This document shows, piece after piece, positions 28,740-41,717 of a stretch of 64,000 nucleotides of DNA (position 1 is its first letter; the number at the start of each line of letters is the position of its first letter). The position numbers and the translations under genes are program-made. Source of the DNA: Octopus vulgaris (lineage: Eukaryota); the NCBI GenBank assembly GCA_951406725.2, contig OX597818.1, positions 70,990,001 through 71,054,000 on the forward strand. Direction: 5' to 3'. The notes beneath the pieces were generated by a model. It had not been told where the DNA came from, did no database searches, and saw only the letters and a list, made by a program, of their open reading frames with translations.

Positions 28740-31240
28740 TGTTGATGGAATCAATTGTTACTGCTTCCTGTTTATCTTCTGTAGAGGCAAAGAATTCTAC
28801 ATGTTTGTTAACTTGCATGTGCTGTATGAGTGAGGTGAAGACACTTTGGAACTGTTCATTCAGTGTTTCACTTATCCTCATTGTGTTTCCCCATGAGGGA
28901 ACCATCTTTTTGAAGGAGTGGCCTTACCCTGCAATGCACAGAGGCAGTCTCCTTGGTGTACCTAAAGAAGGCTCAAAGGTCTGATTTTATATTTCTTATG
29001 ACTCAGGCTTCTTTTTCTGGTTTTTCCTTGTCATGGGAGTCCTTCAGTTGTTTCTCCAGCAATGCTGTTTCCAGGAAGGGTTTCTCACTTATGTTGAGTT
29101 CTCTGCTGAGGCAGTTTGCAATCTTTGTATGCCATCTCATGAGAACTTTTCTCTCCCTGAGAATCTTGTTTTTATGTGCAGTGGCCCTTCTCTCTGGGAC
29201 AAAATTGTAGCATATGGCTTGCATTATGGACATGAAGGCTTTCAATTTCATGCCTAATTCAGGTGTAGAGAGACATTGGGACCAATCCCATTCAGTGATC
29301 TCTTAATTGATTTCCTGTCTGCTTTGTGGTAGTTCAAACTGGATAGATTTTGGGTGCTTCTCATAAGCTGCATGTCTGTGGGATCCTTTGGTCCATACAT
29401 TGTGAGCTCTGTTATGTTGTGATCTGAGAGACTAGTGTTGGTGTCACTTTCACATCATGGATGCAATGCACATTGTTTGTGAAGCAGAGATCAAGTATAT
29501 TGTTTGCCATGGTTGGTTGGAGTATTGTTCGTAAGGTTGAGTAGGGATTCCACCTGACTTTACTCACATCATTTCATTCCTAAGAGGAAAAGGACTTTGG
29601 GCCATTTCACATTGGGCAGGTTGAAGTCACCAATGAGAAATATACTGATATGCTCTTCTATTGTTGTTAAGACTTCTATTCTTGTAAGGCTGTCTTCGAA
29701 TAGGCCTGTGTGATATGTGGCATCTGGTGAGCAATATGAAGTACATATAACTATGTCAAGTTGTCTTACATGTACAATTAGTGAGTTTGAGTGTGGCAAA
29801 AGGATCTGGGGTGTGAGATCTTCATGGATGTACATTGCAACTCCACCATGGCTCCTGTCTTTTCTCTCGCTTTGCAATTTCCCGTACTTTGTTATGTGTA
29901 CTTCTGCATCTGCGATTTTGGGTTTTAAGTGCATTTCAGTGAGTGCTATGCATAAGGCTTGATTGAAAGTCACTAGGTCTCACAGGAATACAATTTTAGT
30001 TCTGTTACTGCGTTGTAACAGTCCTCTTACATTTAAGAAGTATATTGATGTGACCTCTGTGTTGATGCCAGTGGTGGCCACCATGGATCCATTGGTTGTG
30101 GCAATCTTGCATGTTGGCAGGGATGGTTCCTATTCTGGAACTGATGAAGCAAGGTTAGTTGTTGCACAATCTTTTGAGCTATGCATAAAAAAGATTGTTG
30201 CTCAGCTGCAACCCTTATGATGGCTTCTGGGTAGGGCTGGTCTTTAGAGATAGTGTGTACTACATCAGAGCATTTTAGCTTTGATGCAGGTGATGCACAA
30301 CTTTTTCCTCTTTGGAATACTCCTGTGTCTTTTGGAGGAAGGTATTTGCTTTTGTTCTGCCAGTTTGGGATGCAGGAAGCAGCAGTTTGCACCATCATTT
30401 CCATATCAGCAGTCACCATGCAGGAAGAATTTACAAACTCGTGATTCCTAACTTTCTGTGGCTTTGCAAATTGACTGTCTGATGTTTTCATTTTATTTGG
30501 AGGCCCTCTTTTGCTTTTTGCTTAATTTTTTCTTCTTTTATCCTCATTGTTTAGCCCTTTATTGGCTCTTTTGCACTTTTGGGGGTTGATATTGGTGGTA
30601 GTAGGACCATCAGTGCTAGTATCTTCTTCCTTGGCAGGTCTCTCAATTTTGGCTTATGTTTCAAGTGTTCATTTGTGGATTAGTGTGGCCAGGGGAACAT
30701 CTGTCACTCACATCAGGGTCCCCATCCTTGTCATCCTTTTTTTTTTCTTTACTACCCAAAGGGGCTAAACACAGAGGAGACAAACGAGGACAGACAAACA
30801 GATTAAGTCGATTACATCGACTCCAGTGCGTAACCGGTACTTAATTTATCGACCCCCCCAAAGGATGAAAGGCAAAGTCGACCTTGGCGGAATTTGAACT
30901 CAGAATGTAATGGCAGACGAAATACAGCTACGCATTTCGCCCGGCGTGCTAACATGTCTGCCAGCTCGCCACCTTCATCCTTGTCATATTTTTTGAGTTT
31001 CTGTGCAAAGACGGTGTCTAGTGTGCTAATGTGAGTTCTGATGAGAGCATAGGAGCTGATATATTCTTGTCTTCTTTTGCTCTATCTGAGCTGTGGTCCT
31101 TATACAGACATTGCACTTTAGAGCTGCCATTATAACATTATTTGGATTGTCTCCTCCAGCTATTTGCCACCTTCTCAATAACCGCTTCAGTTCTTCACTG
31201 ACCCAGTGAATATATCCAGCATGGCCACAGCTCATGAGCT
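28740..31240 (-). mobile_element. CR1/L2/Jockey-group LINE remnant (5' region + APE endonuclease)
   Basis: IALTEMHL, RSHGGVAMYI, LIGDFNLPNVKW, followed by ETLNEQFQSVFT, typical of CR1-group ORF2; Cys-containing ORF1-like piece at about 31030-31235. Confidence 0.75.
30735..30975 (-). mobile_element. Full-length tRNA-derived SINE with 12-bp target-site duplication
   Basis: Minus strand: GGCGAGCTGGCAGA (A-box-like), GAGTTCAAATTCC (B-box), A-rich tail. TSD catccttgtcat at 30723-30734 and 30976-30987. Confidence 0.92.
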
Positions 31241-31329
31241 GAAACTAGATAAAATAATATAAATACATACATGCATACATACATATGTATACAGATACGT
31301 ACATATATGCCACATGTTCATTTTTTAAA

Positions 31330-32010
31330 TGAACCGGTGCCGGTGACACGTAAAAACACCATCCGTTCGTGGCCGTTTGCCAGCTCTGTCTGGCCCCCAT
31401 GCCGGTGACACATAAAAGCACCATCCGTTCGTGGCCGTTTGCCAGCCCTGTCTGGCCCCCATGTCGGTGACATGTAAAAGCACCATCCGTTCGTGTCCGT
31501 TGCCAGCCTCGCCTGGCCCCCGTGCCAGTGACACGTAAAAGCACCATCCGTTCGTGGCCGTTTGCCAGCCCTGTCTGGCCCCCATGTCGGTGGCAGGTAA
31601 AAGCACCATCCGTTCGTGCCCGTTGCCAGCCTCGCCTGGCCCCCGTGCCGGTGACACGTAAAAGCACCATCCGTTTCGTGGCCGTTTGCCAGCTCTGTCT
31701 GGCCCCCGTGTTGGTGGCACGTAAAAGCACCATCCGTTCGTGTCCGTTGCCCCGTGCCGGTGACACGTAAAAGCACCATCCGTTCGTGGCCGTTTGCCAG
31801 CTCTGTCTGGCACCTGTGCAGGTGGCACGCAAAAAGCACCCACTACACTCACGGAGTGGTTGGCGTTAGGAAGGGCATCCAGCCATAGAAACACTGCCAG
31901 ATCTGACTGGGCCTGATGAAGCCTTCCAGCTTCACAGACCCCAGTTGAACCGTCCAACCCATGCTAGCATGGAGAACGGACGCTAAACGATGATGATGAT
32001 GATGATGATG
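31330..32010 (+). mobile_element. RTE 3' UTR with 8-unit ~62-bp minisatellite and (GAT)n tail
   Basis: Units of gtgccggtgacacgtaaaagcaccatccgttcgtg... at 31337-31815, then the conserved tail. Confidence 0.9.
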
Positions 32011-32194
32011 TATTTATATGTATATATAGTTACATTTATCTATACTGGTGTGTGTATCTATACATGTGACTGTATGTGTGTATCTATGTGTGTGTGTGTG
32101 TGTGTATGAACAATTTTATATATACACATATATTTCCGTACATTGAGCTTTTACAAGATTCTTTTCATCTCTTCTTTATCTTTCTCCCTGACAG

Positions 32195-32449
32195 ACGGTC
32201 CACGTTTCATTAGTGCTAGTAGTCATGTAGCAGTAGACCCGAGAGAGAATGCTAAGCTGAAGTGTGAAGCTGATGGTAATCCTCAACCGAGCATCATTTG
32301 GCGGAAAAAAGGTTCCCATAATATCTTGGGAAGTGGTTCGACCTTGGAGCTTGTAGAAGTCAATGATGCAGACCTAGGCACCTACTATTGTACAGCCACA
32401 GTTGTTGGTTTTAGTGAAATCAGTCGAGAAGTACTGCTTTTAAAGAATG
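32195..32449 (+). CDS. KIRREL: Kirre/Neph-like gene exon: Ig domain (probably Ig4)
   Basis: ctgacag acceptor, gtaagt donor, 255 nt, phase 1/1. Reads YGPRFISASSHVAVDPRENAKLKCEADGNPQPSIIWRKK...DLGTYYCTATVVGFSEISREVLLLKN(G), a canonical I-set pattern. Confidence 0.95.
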
Positions 32450-33771
32450 GTAAGTCATGCTACTTCCTGTATTTCAGTGGTTTTGAAATCAGTAGTGTAG
32501 AAGTTCACACCTAAAAAGGAAAGTCAAAGCAAGTTTTTGTTGAGACTTGGGTCAGTTTTGGTTGAGCAGACCCATGGTTTGTTTTAGAACAGAAGATGTC
32601 AGATATTTCAAACATAGTTTGTGTATGCATGGTCAACTAAACCTCTGTACTATCAAAATCAAATCCCACTGATAAAAAAAAAAGGAGAAAAAGAAAAGAA
32701 AAATAGGATGAACAGGGATAAAGGAACACAATTCACTGATAGTCAGGAAGAGTTGAACTTAGTGGCTCATGGTCACTCACATCAAAATGTCAAATAACAA
32801 CTTTACAGTCAGCTTGTATGCCTTAAACATTCAACAACAGCAAAACGAAAAGAGTAATGGAAAACATCTGAAACTTGTAAAACTCCCCCAGTAACTAATT
32901 TTCAACAGCTGTAGTTGAATTGCATTAATATTGACAAATGTGATAACATTTTGGCCCCCTTAACTAAATGAAAAGTGAAAATGAGAGTTTTTGCTTGCTC
33001 TTAGATAGCTAAAATGGTTTCTCAACTAAGTAATTGCTATAAGTGTTTTAAGCTATAAGATTGATTTCAGTCTGGGCATATATGACTCTCGACTTTATTG
33101 AGAAGGTAAAATGAGATTGTGTAGCATTCATGTCTTTCTAAAAGACATTTGTGAGGAAGGGTAAGAAGTGAAATTGCTTCAGTTGGGTATCAACATCAGA
33201 TTTTGACTGAATCTCTCTGAAAGTATAAAACATTATCAACAACAAATCATCATTATCATGCACTTTTTTCCTTATATTGGCCCTGGTTAAACAAGTCTAC
33301 AGCAGAGTTATGGAAATGCATGTAGGTGATACCTGAAATCTTAGATTTAAGATCTGATATCACCCATATATTCATATATCTTTCTTGGTCTTTCTCTACA
33401 ATGAATTTCTCTCCTTTTGAATACTAAGCACTCTTATCTATCAATCACAGCTCTTCCATAATCAACACTTTTGCTTATAGTTGAAATTAGAGCAAAACTA
33501 TTCAAAATATATTCTAACATGAAAGAAAAAAAATGTTTCTTTTTTTAAAATAGGGAAGTTTAAGAAACTGCATTCTTTCTTCAATGGCTGTAGTCAATCA
33601 AAACCTATTGCCAAGAGAGTTCATCGTTAAGTATACAGCAAGAGACACAAGTTCCCCACCTTCTATTTTCCTCTTTGTCAGTCAACTTCATGCCTGTGTG
33701 TGTGTGTCTGTATTCCTCCCTATCCACACATACATGTTCATATAATTCTTATTTATTTTTTTAATTTTCAG

Positions 33772-34068
33772 GTCCTCCTCGCATTATGAGTGACGGAAAA
33801 TTTTATACAAGTCAAGAGAAAACAGCACACATTGAATGTATTGCTATATCCGTCCCGAAACCAGTCAGTATGTATTGGATGAAGAATGGCAGAACGCTTG
33901 ATAATACAAACTCAGACCGTTTTTCAACGAATAATGAAGAATTACCATATGGTATGAAGAGCACATTAGAAATCCTTAAAGTCCACAAAGAGGATTTTGG
34001 CAGTTACAACTGCAGTGTGGCCAACAAATATGGTGAAGATATAGCCATTATTACACTGGCTGAGAAAG
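33772..34068 (+). CDS. KIRREL: Kirre/Neph-like gene exon: membrane-proximal Ig domain (probably Ig5)
   Basis: ttttcag acceptor, gtaagt donor, 297 nt, phase 1/1. Reads GPPRIMSDG...AHIECIAISVPKP..MYWMKNG...STLEILKVHKEDFGSYNCSVANKYGEDIAIITLAEK, matching the pattern of the last Ig of Neph/Kirre proteins. Confidence 0.95.
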
Positions 34069-36375
34069 GTAAGTCCATCTCAGAATAATTCTTTTGTCAA
34101 TTCTTCAAAAAAATCTGTCTCCTTAAGTAGTTGTTGTTAAACCCCAGGTCAGCTTTCAATAAGAAGACTTGATCAAAGACACTCAAGCTATGATCATCTC
34201 TATTTATTTCAAACATATCATATGTAGGGCTACATTATGCTGTGGAGCTCCATTATCCAATGTGTCATGCCTTTTCTGTGCTTGTTGTGAATCATGAGGT
34301 CAACTCCAATTGAGTAAACCTACAAACAAAGATGCTGTGACCCCTTTTTTATTCAGATGTAGTAAATGAACAGCTACAATATCCAAAGTAACCTTTTTAA
34401 GACAGTAAGATGTAATTTGAGCTGCTCAGCATAGTAAATGGACAATCAAATAAAAAGGTGTGATTTGAGAGAGAATTCGATGCTTTTTATAGCATTTTTA
34501 GTGCTCCCAAAGATGGTTCCTATGTTGGCCTCAAGAGTCTTTGCAACTATTTCTGCTACCATGGTTAATCTGATTGGTCAGGTTAAGTCAAGTTTAGTGA
34601 GCACAGAGAATATTTTGTTGCTTAATACATCATAGATAAAAGAAGTCTTTAGGCTGTTTTTTAGGGCTATCCTGAGTGAACGAATCTGTGATCAAAATAT
34701 TCCATCTATGACCATCCCATTATCTTTTTCTTAATTCAACATAATGAACCTACATGTGTATTATCCTTTTTAAGACAATAATAAGTGATTTTGAGGAATA
34801 TGTACTTATTATTTTTAGCAAGTCAAGTGACCATATAGAAACTCTCTCACTGGCTCATAAAAAATATCAATAAAGAAATAAAAATCAGGGATAGAATGAT
34901 TCATTTATGTAATGTTCATGTAATGTATTTGCAAGGATAAATAAAACAGCAATGAGCAGGAGTTAACCACGACTTGCAAAAGGCTTCTGTCATTCATGGA
35001 TTGTGGCAGAAGGGAAGTAGCATATCAAGATATTGAGTGATCTTCAGACAGGGGGATCTGCTTTGAATACTTACAACAAAGAGGATTTACACTATAGAGA
35101 TTAAGGATTTAGGGAGATGTTAAACCTAGCAACATTATATAAACCACTTTTAAAAGGTACATGACCATTCATCAGGCTAGAAACAGCAATTAACTCAGTC
35201 TACCATTTTAAAATAAATACACAGACTCATTTGAGAACCTCTAACACTGCCTAAAATAAAGATTGCATGGACAATCTTTAATAAAAAAAGATGCTTGATT
35301 AGGGCTGATGTAAATGTAGTGGAAAAGGTGTATCAGAATGTGTTGAGGTAAACAGATGCGATAGGCATGTGGATGCCTTCAAAGTAAACAAATAAATAAC
35401 ATGTTTATGTTGAATGAACCACACAACCATGTCTGCACATACATACATATGTTGTTAACATCACATCATAAGAATTTATAAACTTTTGACAGATCCTAAA
35501 ATAACTAATTTTTAACAACTGAACTCAGTGTAGAAAAGTTATAAATAATGCTTTCTGCTATAGGCACAATGCCTGGAATTTGTGGGGAGGAGGATAGTCA
35601 ATCACACCGACCTCAATACTTGGCTAGTATCAACCTCGAAAGGATAAAAAGCAAAGTCAACCTCGGTGGAATTTGAACTCAGAATGTAAAGACAAACGAA
35701 ATGCCATTTTGTCCGGCATGCAAATGAATCTGCCAGAAAAGCTATAAATAGTAGCGTATAAATATTGAGATGAAAGATCCTTTGAATCAAAAATTTCAAA
35801 AGTTGTTTGTTTTCTTAAACAATGGTCTTCTGGTTATTTCTTAAACAGAGAACCAAATTTGCAAAATTGGTTTTGATTCTTGGTTGCAACAATTTCACTT
35901 CGTATATACCCTTAATCTTCTTAATTGTAGAAGCCATAACTTTCTCAACTTCTATAAATAAAGAGAAATATAATTAATATCACTAAAGGAAGACAGCTGT
36001 CTAAAAACAGGTTAACTTAGCCATTCAATGAGCAGAGATTGATAAAATGAGTAGCAGACATAAATATATGCATATTGATGTAACTATTTTACTGAAGCAC
36101 TTGTTAGTGGTGCTCCAGCATGGCCACACCACCAATGACTGAGGCCAGTAATAAAAGAATAAAACTGTAAAATGATGATGATGATGATGATGTTCGCACA
36201 TGAAGGCCTAGTATACTGGGGATACAACAACCCATCTTCAACTCAATGTCACCATTGTAATTTCCATGAAATACTGATATGACATTCTCGTTACTAACAA
36301 ATACTCAATGAATTTACCTTTTACATCAAAACAACTCTCTCTACACTGTTGCTAATGTTCTTTCTTCTATTGCAG

Positions 36376-36486
36376 ATGTCTTACCAATGCCATATATAAT
36401 TGGTGGCGCCGTAGGAAGTGTAGCAGTCATTTTAATCATTATTTTAGCTTGTGTGATATACCATAGATATAAAAACACTGACTCAG
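36376..36486 (+). CDS. KIRREL: Kirre/Neph-like gene exon: transmembrane helix and stop-transfer segment
   Basis: ttgcag acceptor, gtgagt donor, 111 nt, phase 1/1. Reads DVLPMPYIIGGAVGSVAVILIIILACVIYHRYKNTDS(G). The VLP..II.GA juxtamembrane pattern resembles NEPH proteins. No FnIII domain between last Ig and TM, which argues against nephrin/Sns. Not in the ORF track. Confidence 0.92.
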
Positions 36487-37342
36487 GTGAGTAGCTGAAG
36501 AAGATTAATGATGCATGTTGAAACTATAAACCTTACTCACCCAGTGACTAAGCATCAACATGGTGGTAGTGGTAGTGATGGTGGTGGTGGTATGGAGTAA
36601 TTCTAAAATGAGTTTTCAGGACATATATTAAACCATCTGAAAAGAAGACATCAAAGGAATTGCTTATATTCCATATCATCATCAATGATACCTGTAATTC
36701 CATAATCTGTATACCAGAGTTAAGTCACTGGAACTGTGACGTCTATATTGGTCAAGCTGCTAACGTTTTCTTTCTTTATATATACACCTCACAGTTTAAT
36801 CAGTATTTTCTGATGGACTCCAGGGATTACAACCTCTACAAAGATACACATGCATTCTAACACTTGCACAGATACAGACTCTTTTATAGATATATGTCAT
36901 TGTATGGAATGATTATCTTTATGAAAACACTTCAGTACTTTTGCTTTTACAACTTTGCTACAATGTTGCAAATTTTCAAAGTCACTTACATTCATTTAAG
37001 CCTGCAATGATACAGGGTTACCCTTACCCTATGACACAATCAGCAACTAGCTTTAATACCCGCTTCCCACTGTGAAACTTTCATCATAGTCATTTCTATA
37101 ACAAACTTATTTGTCCTTTTTCCAAAAAGTCAAAGATAATCATATATACTGCTCATATATGTATGCACACACACACACACCGATTTTATTTAATAGCTCT
37201 GTTGGTGAGCAATATCCTTATTGGTTCCAAGGGAGTATATGTAACTCAGTGTAGAACAAATATTACAAATATTATATGGGATTTTAAAGAAATTTTTTCT
37301 GCTTTGTCACTACTGTTTATATCCTTTCCTCATGCACACTCA

Positions 37343-37399
<57 letters not shown>

Positions 37400-37403
<4 letters not shown>

Positions 37404-38615
37404 GGTATAAGAAGTATTTGAGGACATAGCTGATAATTAATAAAATAACTCTAATTTAGCAAAACCCAAATGTATTTTAATAAAACTGTGTGTACATATT
37501 CTCAAAAGGCTTTCTTATACAATTATTCTCTGAATTCACCTTCAGTTTTAATCATTGCTTCAATGCAGGACCAGAATTGTTGATATGCCTGCCCTAAGTG
37601 ATCCTTATACATTTTCGGACATCATCTGGACAATGGCAGCCTTCAGTGCTGCTATGGTATTATAAGGATGTTGATCAGTCTCCCTTCCAACAGTGCTCCA
37701 AACACAAGATTTACATCTTTCAAGTTTGCAGGCCACAAGTTTGGTGCTACATAAATATCCTGATTGTCTGGCATCCATTCTTGGACTACGCTGGCTTTGT
37801 GAGAAGGTGCTGAGATTTGTTGAAATACATATGGTCTTCTACTGTGTACTTCATCAATCCAAGGCTTAACAACTGTCTCCAGCACCTCAATGACTCCAGC
37901 AGCATTAATTCTAAGAATCTATGGAAAGATGTGAGGTGGCATGACATGACCTTCATTGTTCACCATCACAGTTTCTGGAAACTTGGCGTGCATCATTATG
38001 GGAAACACCAGAAGGATCTGCACATTTGTTATTTGAATCTGTTAGACTTTTGGTCTCAGTTGAATTTTTTCTGATCAGAGAAGAGACATGTTCATGAGGA
38101 TTTTTAACATTTACAAGTAACCACTCAGTATGATTCAAATGATCCTCCCGTGTCTTTGCAGACATAAATTGGCCTTTCTTCAGTACACACACAACATGTA
38201 TTGAACGTTCTTATGCACCACAGTTCTAATAGTCCACTCCAACACTTGAAACCTTTTAACGATGGCCTTCATTGATTTTCCAGAATCATTATTGACAACG
38301 TTTTGAACTCAATGGATAAATTGCAGTGTCCTTATAGTCTTAGAATATTTTTTCTCTTTGATATAGTTGAAACATTCCTACCAGAGGCTTCCAATTCCAC
38401 TGGAACTTTGTGTACAAAACATCTTGCAGCATTTAGAAAGTTAGCAATTTCTAAATTGCTGTGCTTCACACATGTGGCAACAATAACTGCATGTCTTTTC
38501 ATTTCTTGTATTAGCAATTTATCTGCCATGCGGTTTCTAAAATAAACTTGTAGATTGGTTTGAAGAGAGTAATATACTGATAATTAAGTGTCCTCAAGTA
38601 CACCTCACATCCTGT
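37400..38615 (-). mobile_element. Tc1/mariner-superfamily (maT-like) DNA transposon fossil
   Basis: Degenerate TIRs: actgggtataagaagtatttgaggaca and tgtcctcaagtacacctcacatcctgta. Transposase pieces: HTH (SNLEIANFLNAARCFVHKV), VVKPWI..RPYVFQQISAPSHKA..VQEW, WPANLKDVN. Confidence 0.85.
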
Positions 38616-39014
38616 ATGTAAATATATATACACACAATTAAAGGAATATTTCAAAGACACAACTCAGCTTGATACAAATATCAATATAAGGGAAAGAATA
38701 GACAACAAAGAAATTGTGTTATAGCTTAAGATGTCAAATAATTTATGCAAAGAGAAAGATAGAAAACATATGAAAATCAAATTACATATATCTATACATA
38801 TGAGAGGGATGACTACTATGTGGTCAACCCTTATGCTAGAAGTAGATCCGCTATGGTTGCCCACATAGTGGTCATCCCTCTCATATGTATATAATACAAT
38901 TTACTAGACCTTCAGATTTTAATATGCTAGACCACTAGTGTTAAATTGATGTTAATTAAATTAATATCCAATTTCTCACCTTCATTTTAAATATATATAT
39001 ATATGTATATATCC

Positions 39015-39420
39015 TCATCATTATCATAATTTAATGTCTGTTTTCCACGCTGGTATGGGTTGGATGGTTTGACAGGAGACTACCCTAAGTTCCAGTCATC
39101 AGTTTTGGTATGGTTTCTACGGTTGGATGCCCTTCCTAACACCAACCATTTTACAGAGTGTACTGGGTGCTTTTTATGTGGCACCATGCAGAAAGCACCC
39201 AGCACACCCGAGTACCTTTTCATGTGGCATTGGTATGGGTGTTCTTTACATGGTGGCAGCATGAGTGTTTTCTATGTTGCCCCAGGATGAGTGTTGTTTA
39301 CATGACACTGGCACAGGTGCTCCCTATGTGGCACTGGCACAGGTTCCACTAATGTTGCACCTGCACGAGTGCCTTTTGACAGGATGTTGGCATGGCTTTT
39401 TATGTGGCAACAGCAGCTGA
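39015..39420 (-). mobile_element. Old RTE 3' UTR with decayed short tandem units
   Basis: gttggatgcccttcctaacaccaaccatttt followed by repeated ~25-bp tttatgtggcac units. An RTE coding remnant lies at 39900-40060. Confidence 0.7.
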
Positions 39421-40619
39421 GAGAGGGTGAGGAACCTAGAGAAAGAACCATATGCCAGGTGAGAGGCTGGAGTATGATAGAGGGAGAGGCATGGCTGTCT
39501 TACTACTGAGGAGATTTATGGGTCCCCCCCCCCGGTTGGGCAAGGAAGCAGAGGGAAGTGGGAGAGACAGAGACAGTGCGAGTGAGAGAGGGAGAAGGCC
39601 TACACATAGAAAACAGTGGTGCAGGGAGTGTGAGTAGGGGGCAGAGGAGATGTTCCATTAGAGTGAGAGAGATAGCAAGTGATGTTGAGGGGAACTGAAG
39701 GGGTGGTGTTGGGGATTATGGGGAGATGGGTTGCAGGTGATTTTTGCCAGGGAACAGAATTGTGTGTGTGTGCATGCACGTGCACGTGCTTGTCTGCATG
39801 AGGGGAAGGGAGTTATGGCCATAAAGGACATGCCTGTATATATGGAGGACTTTGATTTACTTAGCTTGATGAGTCTTCTCAAGCACAGCAAATCACCAGA
39901 AGTCTGACTCCCTCGTCATCTCCTCTTTGGGGCTCAACGTATGAAGATCCTTTCTCACCACTCTGTCCCACATCTTCCTGAGTTTATCCCTCATGCCGGT
40001 TCCCTCCACAATTAGAGATCAGCTCTTCTTTAAACAACTGTCCTCATCCATAAGCATCACAGACACATGCACACACATATAAATATATACATATAATATG
40101 TATATATACACACACACACACACACATATATACACACACACATATACATATATATATATATATTATTGTGGTCTGGGGAGAGTCTTTCTCTTTTAGTGCC
40201 TTATTAATTTAACACACTCACCAGTTCGATTTCCACTCATTTACTTATTTATTTCTACTAAAATTTTCGTTGCGTCTTGCAACCTTTTCAATAGTCATTA
40301 ACTCTGTCTGTTATCAGAATTGTGTTCTTTTTCTTTTATTTGTTTGTGCGCATGCAAAAAATGAAATATCTGTCTATATATATATATGAACCTGGTGTTC
40401 ACCATATTAAGCTCATTCGCAAATGCTGGCTACCAGATATGGCTGCATACTTGAGGTTGTTTGTTCTACTAAGCAAATATCTGAAAATCTTCAAGTATCC
40501 ATAAAGATTTTATTATGACAAATAAGAAGAGTGGAGTAAGAAAGTAATGCTATTACAATTGTTCAAGGCTGGTTCAATATTGTCAGTTTTGTAAAGTTAG
40601 TTAATAATGCTTGCAAATA

Positions 40620-41270
40620 TTGATTACTTCAAGAGCAGAAGGAAGAACAATAGAACAAACAGATGGAAAGAAATAGAATTACACGAGCAATTTATGCAAG
40701 AAACTGAGGAGCTTGTAAGTAAAGAACACTGGTTATGGCTGACAGATGGAAACCTGAAACAGGAAACGAAAGTGCTACACAGGAAGAAGCCATCAGGACA
40801 AATCTGATAAAGATGGATAAAATTCAGCCAGACAGCAAAGAGAATCTGCAGGAGGAGAGACAAAAGTATTAACATCACCTGAATTGATGCAGTAAGTTAA
40901 CACAAAAAGAGTATAAGCATTGGTATAGCTGTAGATAAAAGAGTGCATTGGGATGTTAGCTAAGTGAGTGGCTTTGAAATAACAGGAAAGGGGTAAGAAC
41001 ACAAACTAGAGACTGAATCAAGGGGACAGATATGATTAAAGAGAACAAGACAAATGGACAGTATAAAATCATAGACTTCACAATACCATATGATAATAGG
41101 AGGGATATCAAAGAATTTTTAAAAATTGAGGCATACCAGGACCTAGCCAGAGAGAGACGAAGAGATTGTGGAAAACTAAGACAACAATTATTCGTGGTAA
41201 ATGGGGGTACTTGGCATATCGCCCAAACTGTGAGCTATGAAAAAGAAAGATATTGGAATTAAGACTCTAT
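40620..41270 (+). mobile_element. Decayed R4/Dong-like RLE LINE 3' fragment
   Basis: WKEIELHEQF, WLWLTDGNLKQET, IIDFTIPYD, YQDLARE motifs. Confidence 0.75.
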
Positions 41271-41662
41271 TATCTGTTTTGACATGGTTTCTCGAAGTGG
41301 ATGTCCTTCCTGGATGCTTTATACATGGCACAGTTCTCCAGCTTACCAGTTCCAATCAAACAGTCAAGCCCAGCAAGCATGGAATGCAGACACTAAATGA
41401 TGTATGACAGCCTTTACATTTCTGATTCTTTTATGGATTTCAACCAAATAACTCAACCCCAGGACTTATCTTTTAAAGCCTGGTACTTATTTTATCAGTC
41501 TCTCATGCTGAACCGCTAAGTTATGGGGATGTAAACTAACCAACACCAGTTGTCAAGCAGTGGTGTGGGGCAGACACACACACATAGATATATACATACA
41601 CACATACACATATAAATATATATATATAAACATACAACAGGCTTCTAGTTTCCATCTACCAA

Positions 41663-41709
<47 letters not shown>

Positions 41710-41717
41710 AATATATA

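Noticed and set aside
30880-30975. tRNA gene (A/B boxes), also 53612-53680
   Set aside because: No cloverleaf; continues into a SINE body and tail with a TSD.
31337-31840. CRISPR-like repeat/spacer appearance (also 28330-28730 and 560-930)
   Set aside because: The 'spacers' are near-identical A/B variants, there are no cas genes, the context is eukaryotic, and the array is contiguous with an RTE 3' tail.
31245-31957. Long overlapping ORFs of 173-210 aa (also 28212-28984)
   Set aside because: Stop-free only because of the GC-rich tandem repeat; the peptides are periodic in all frames.
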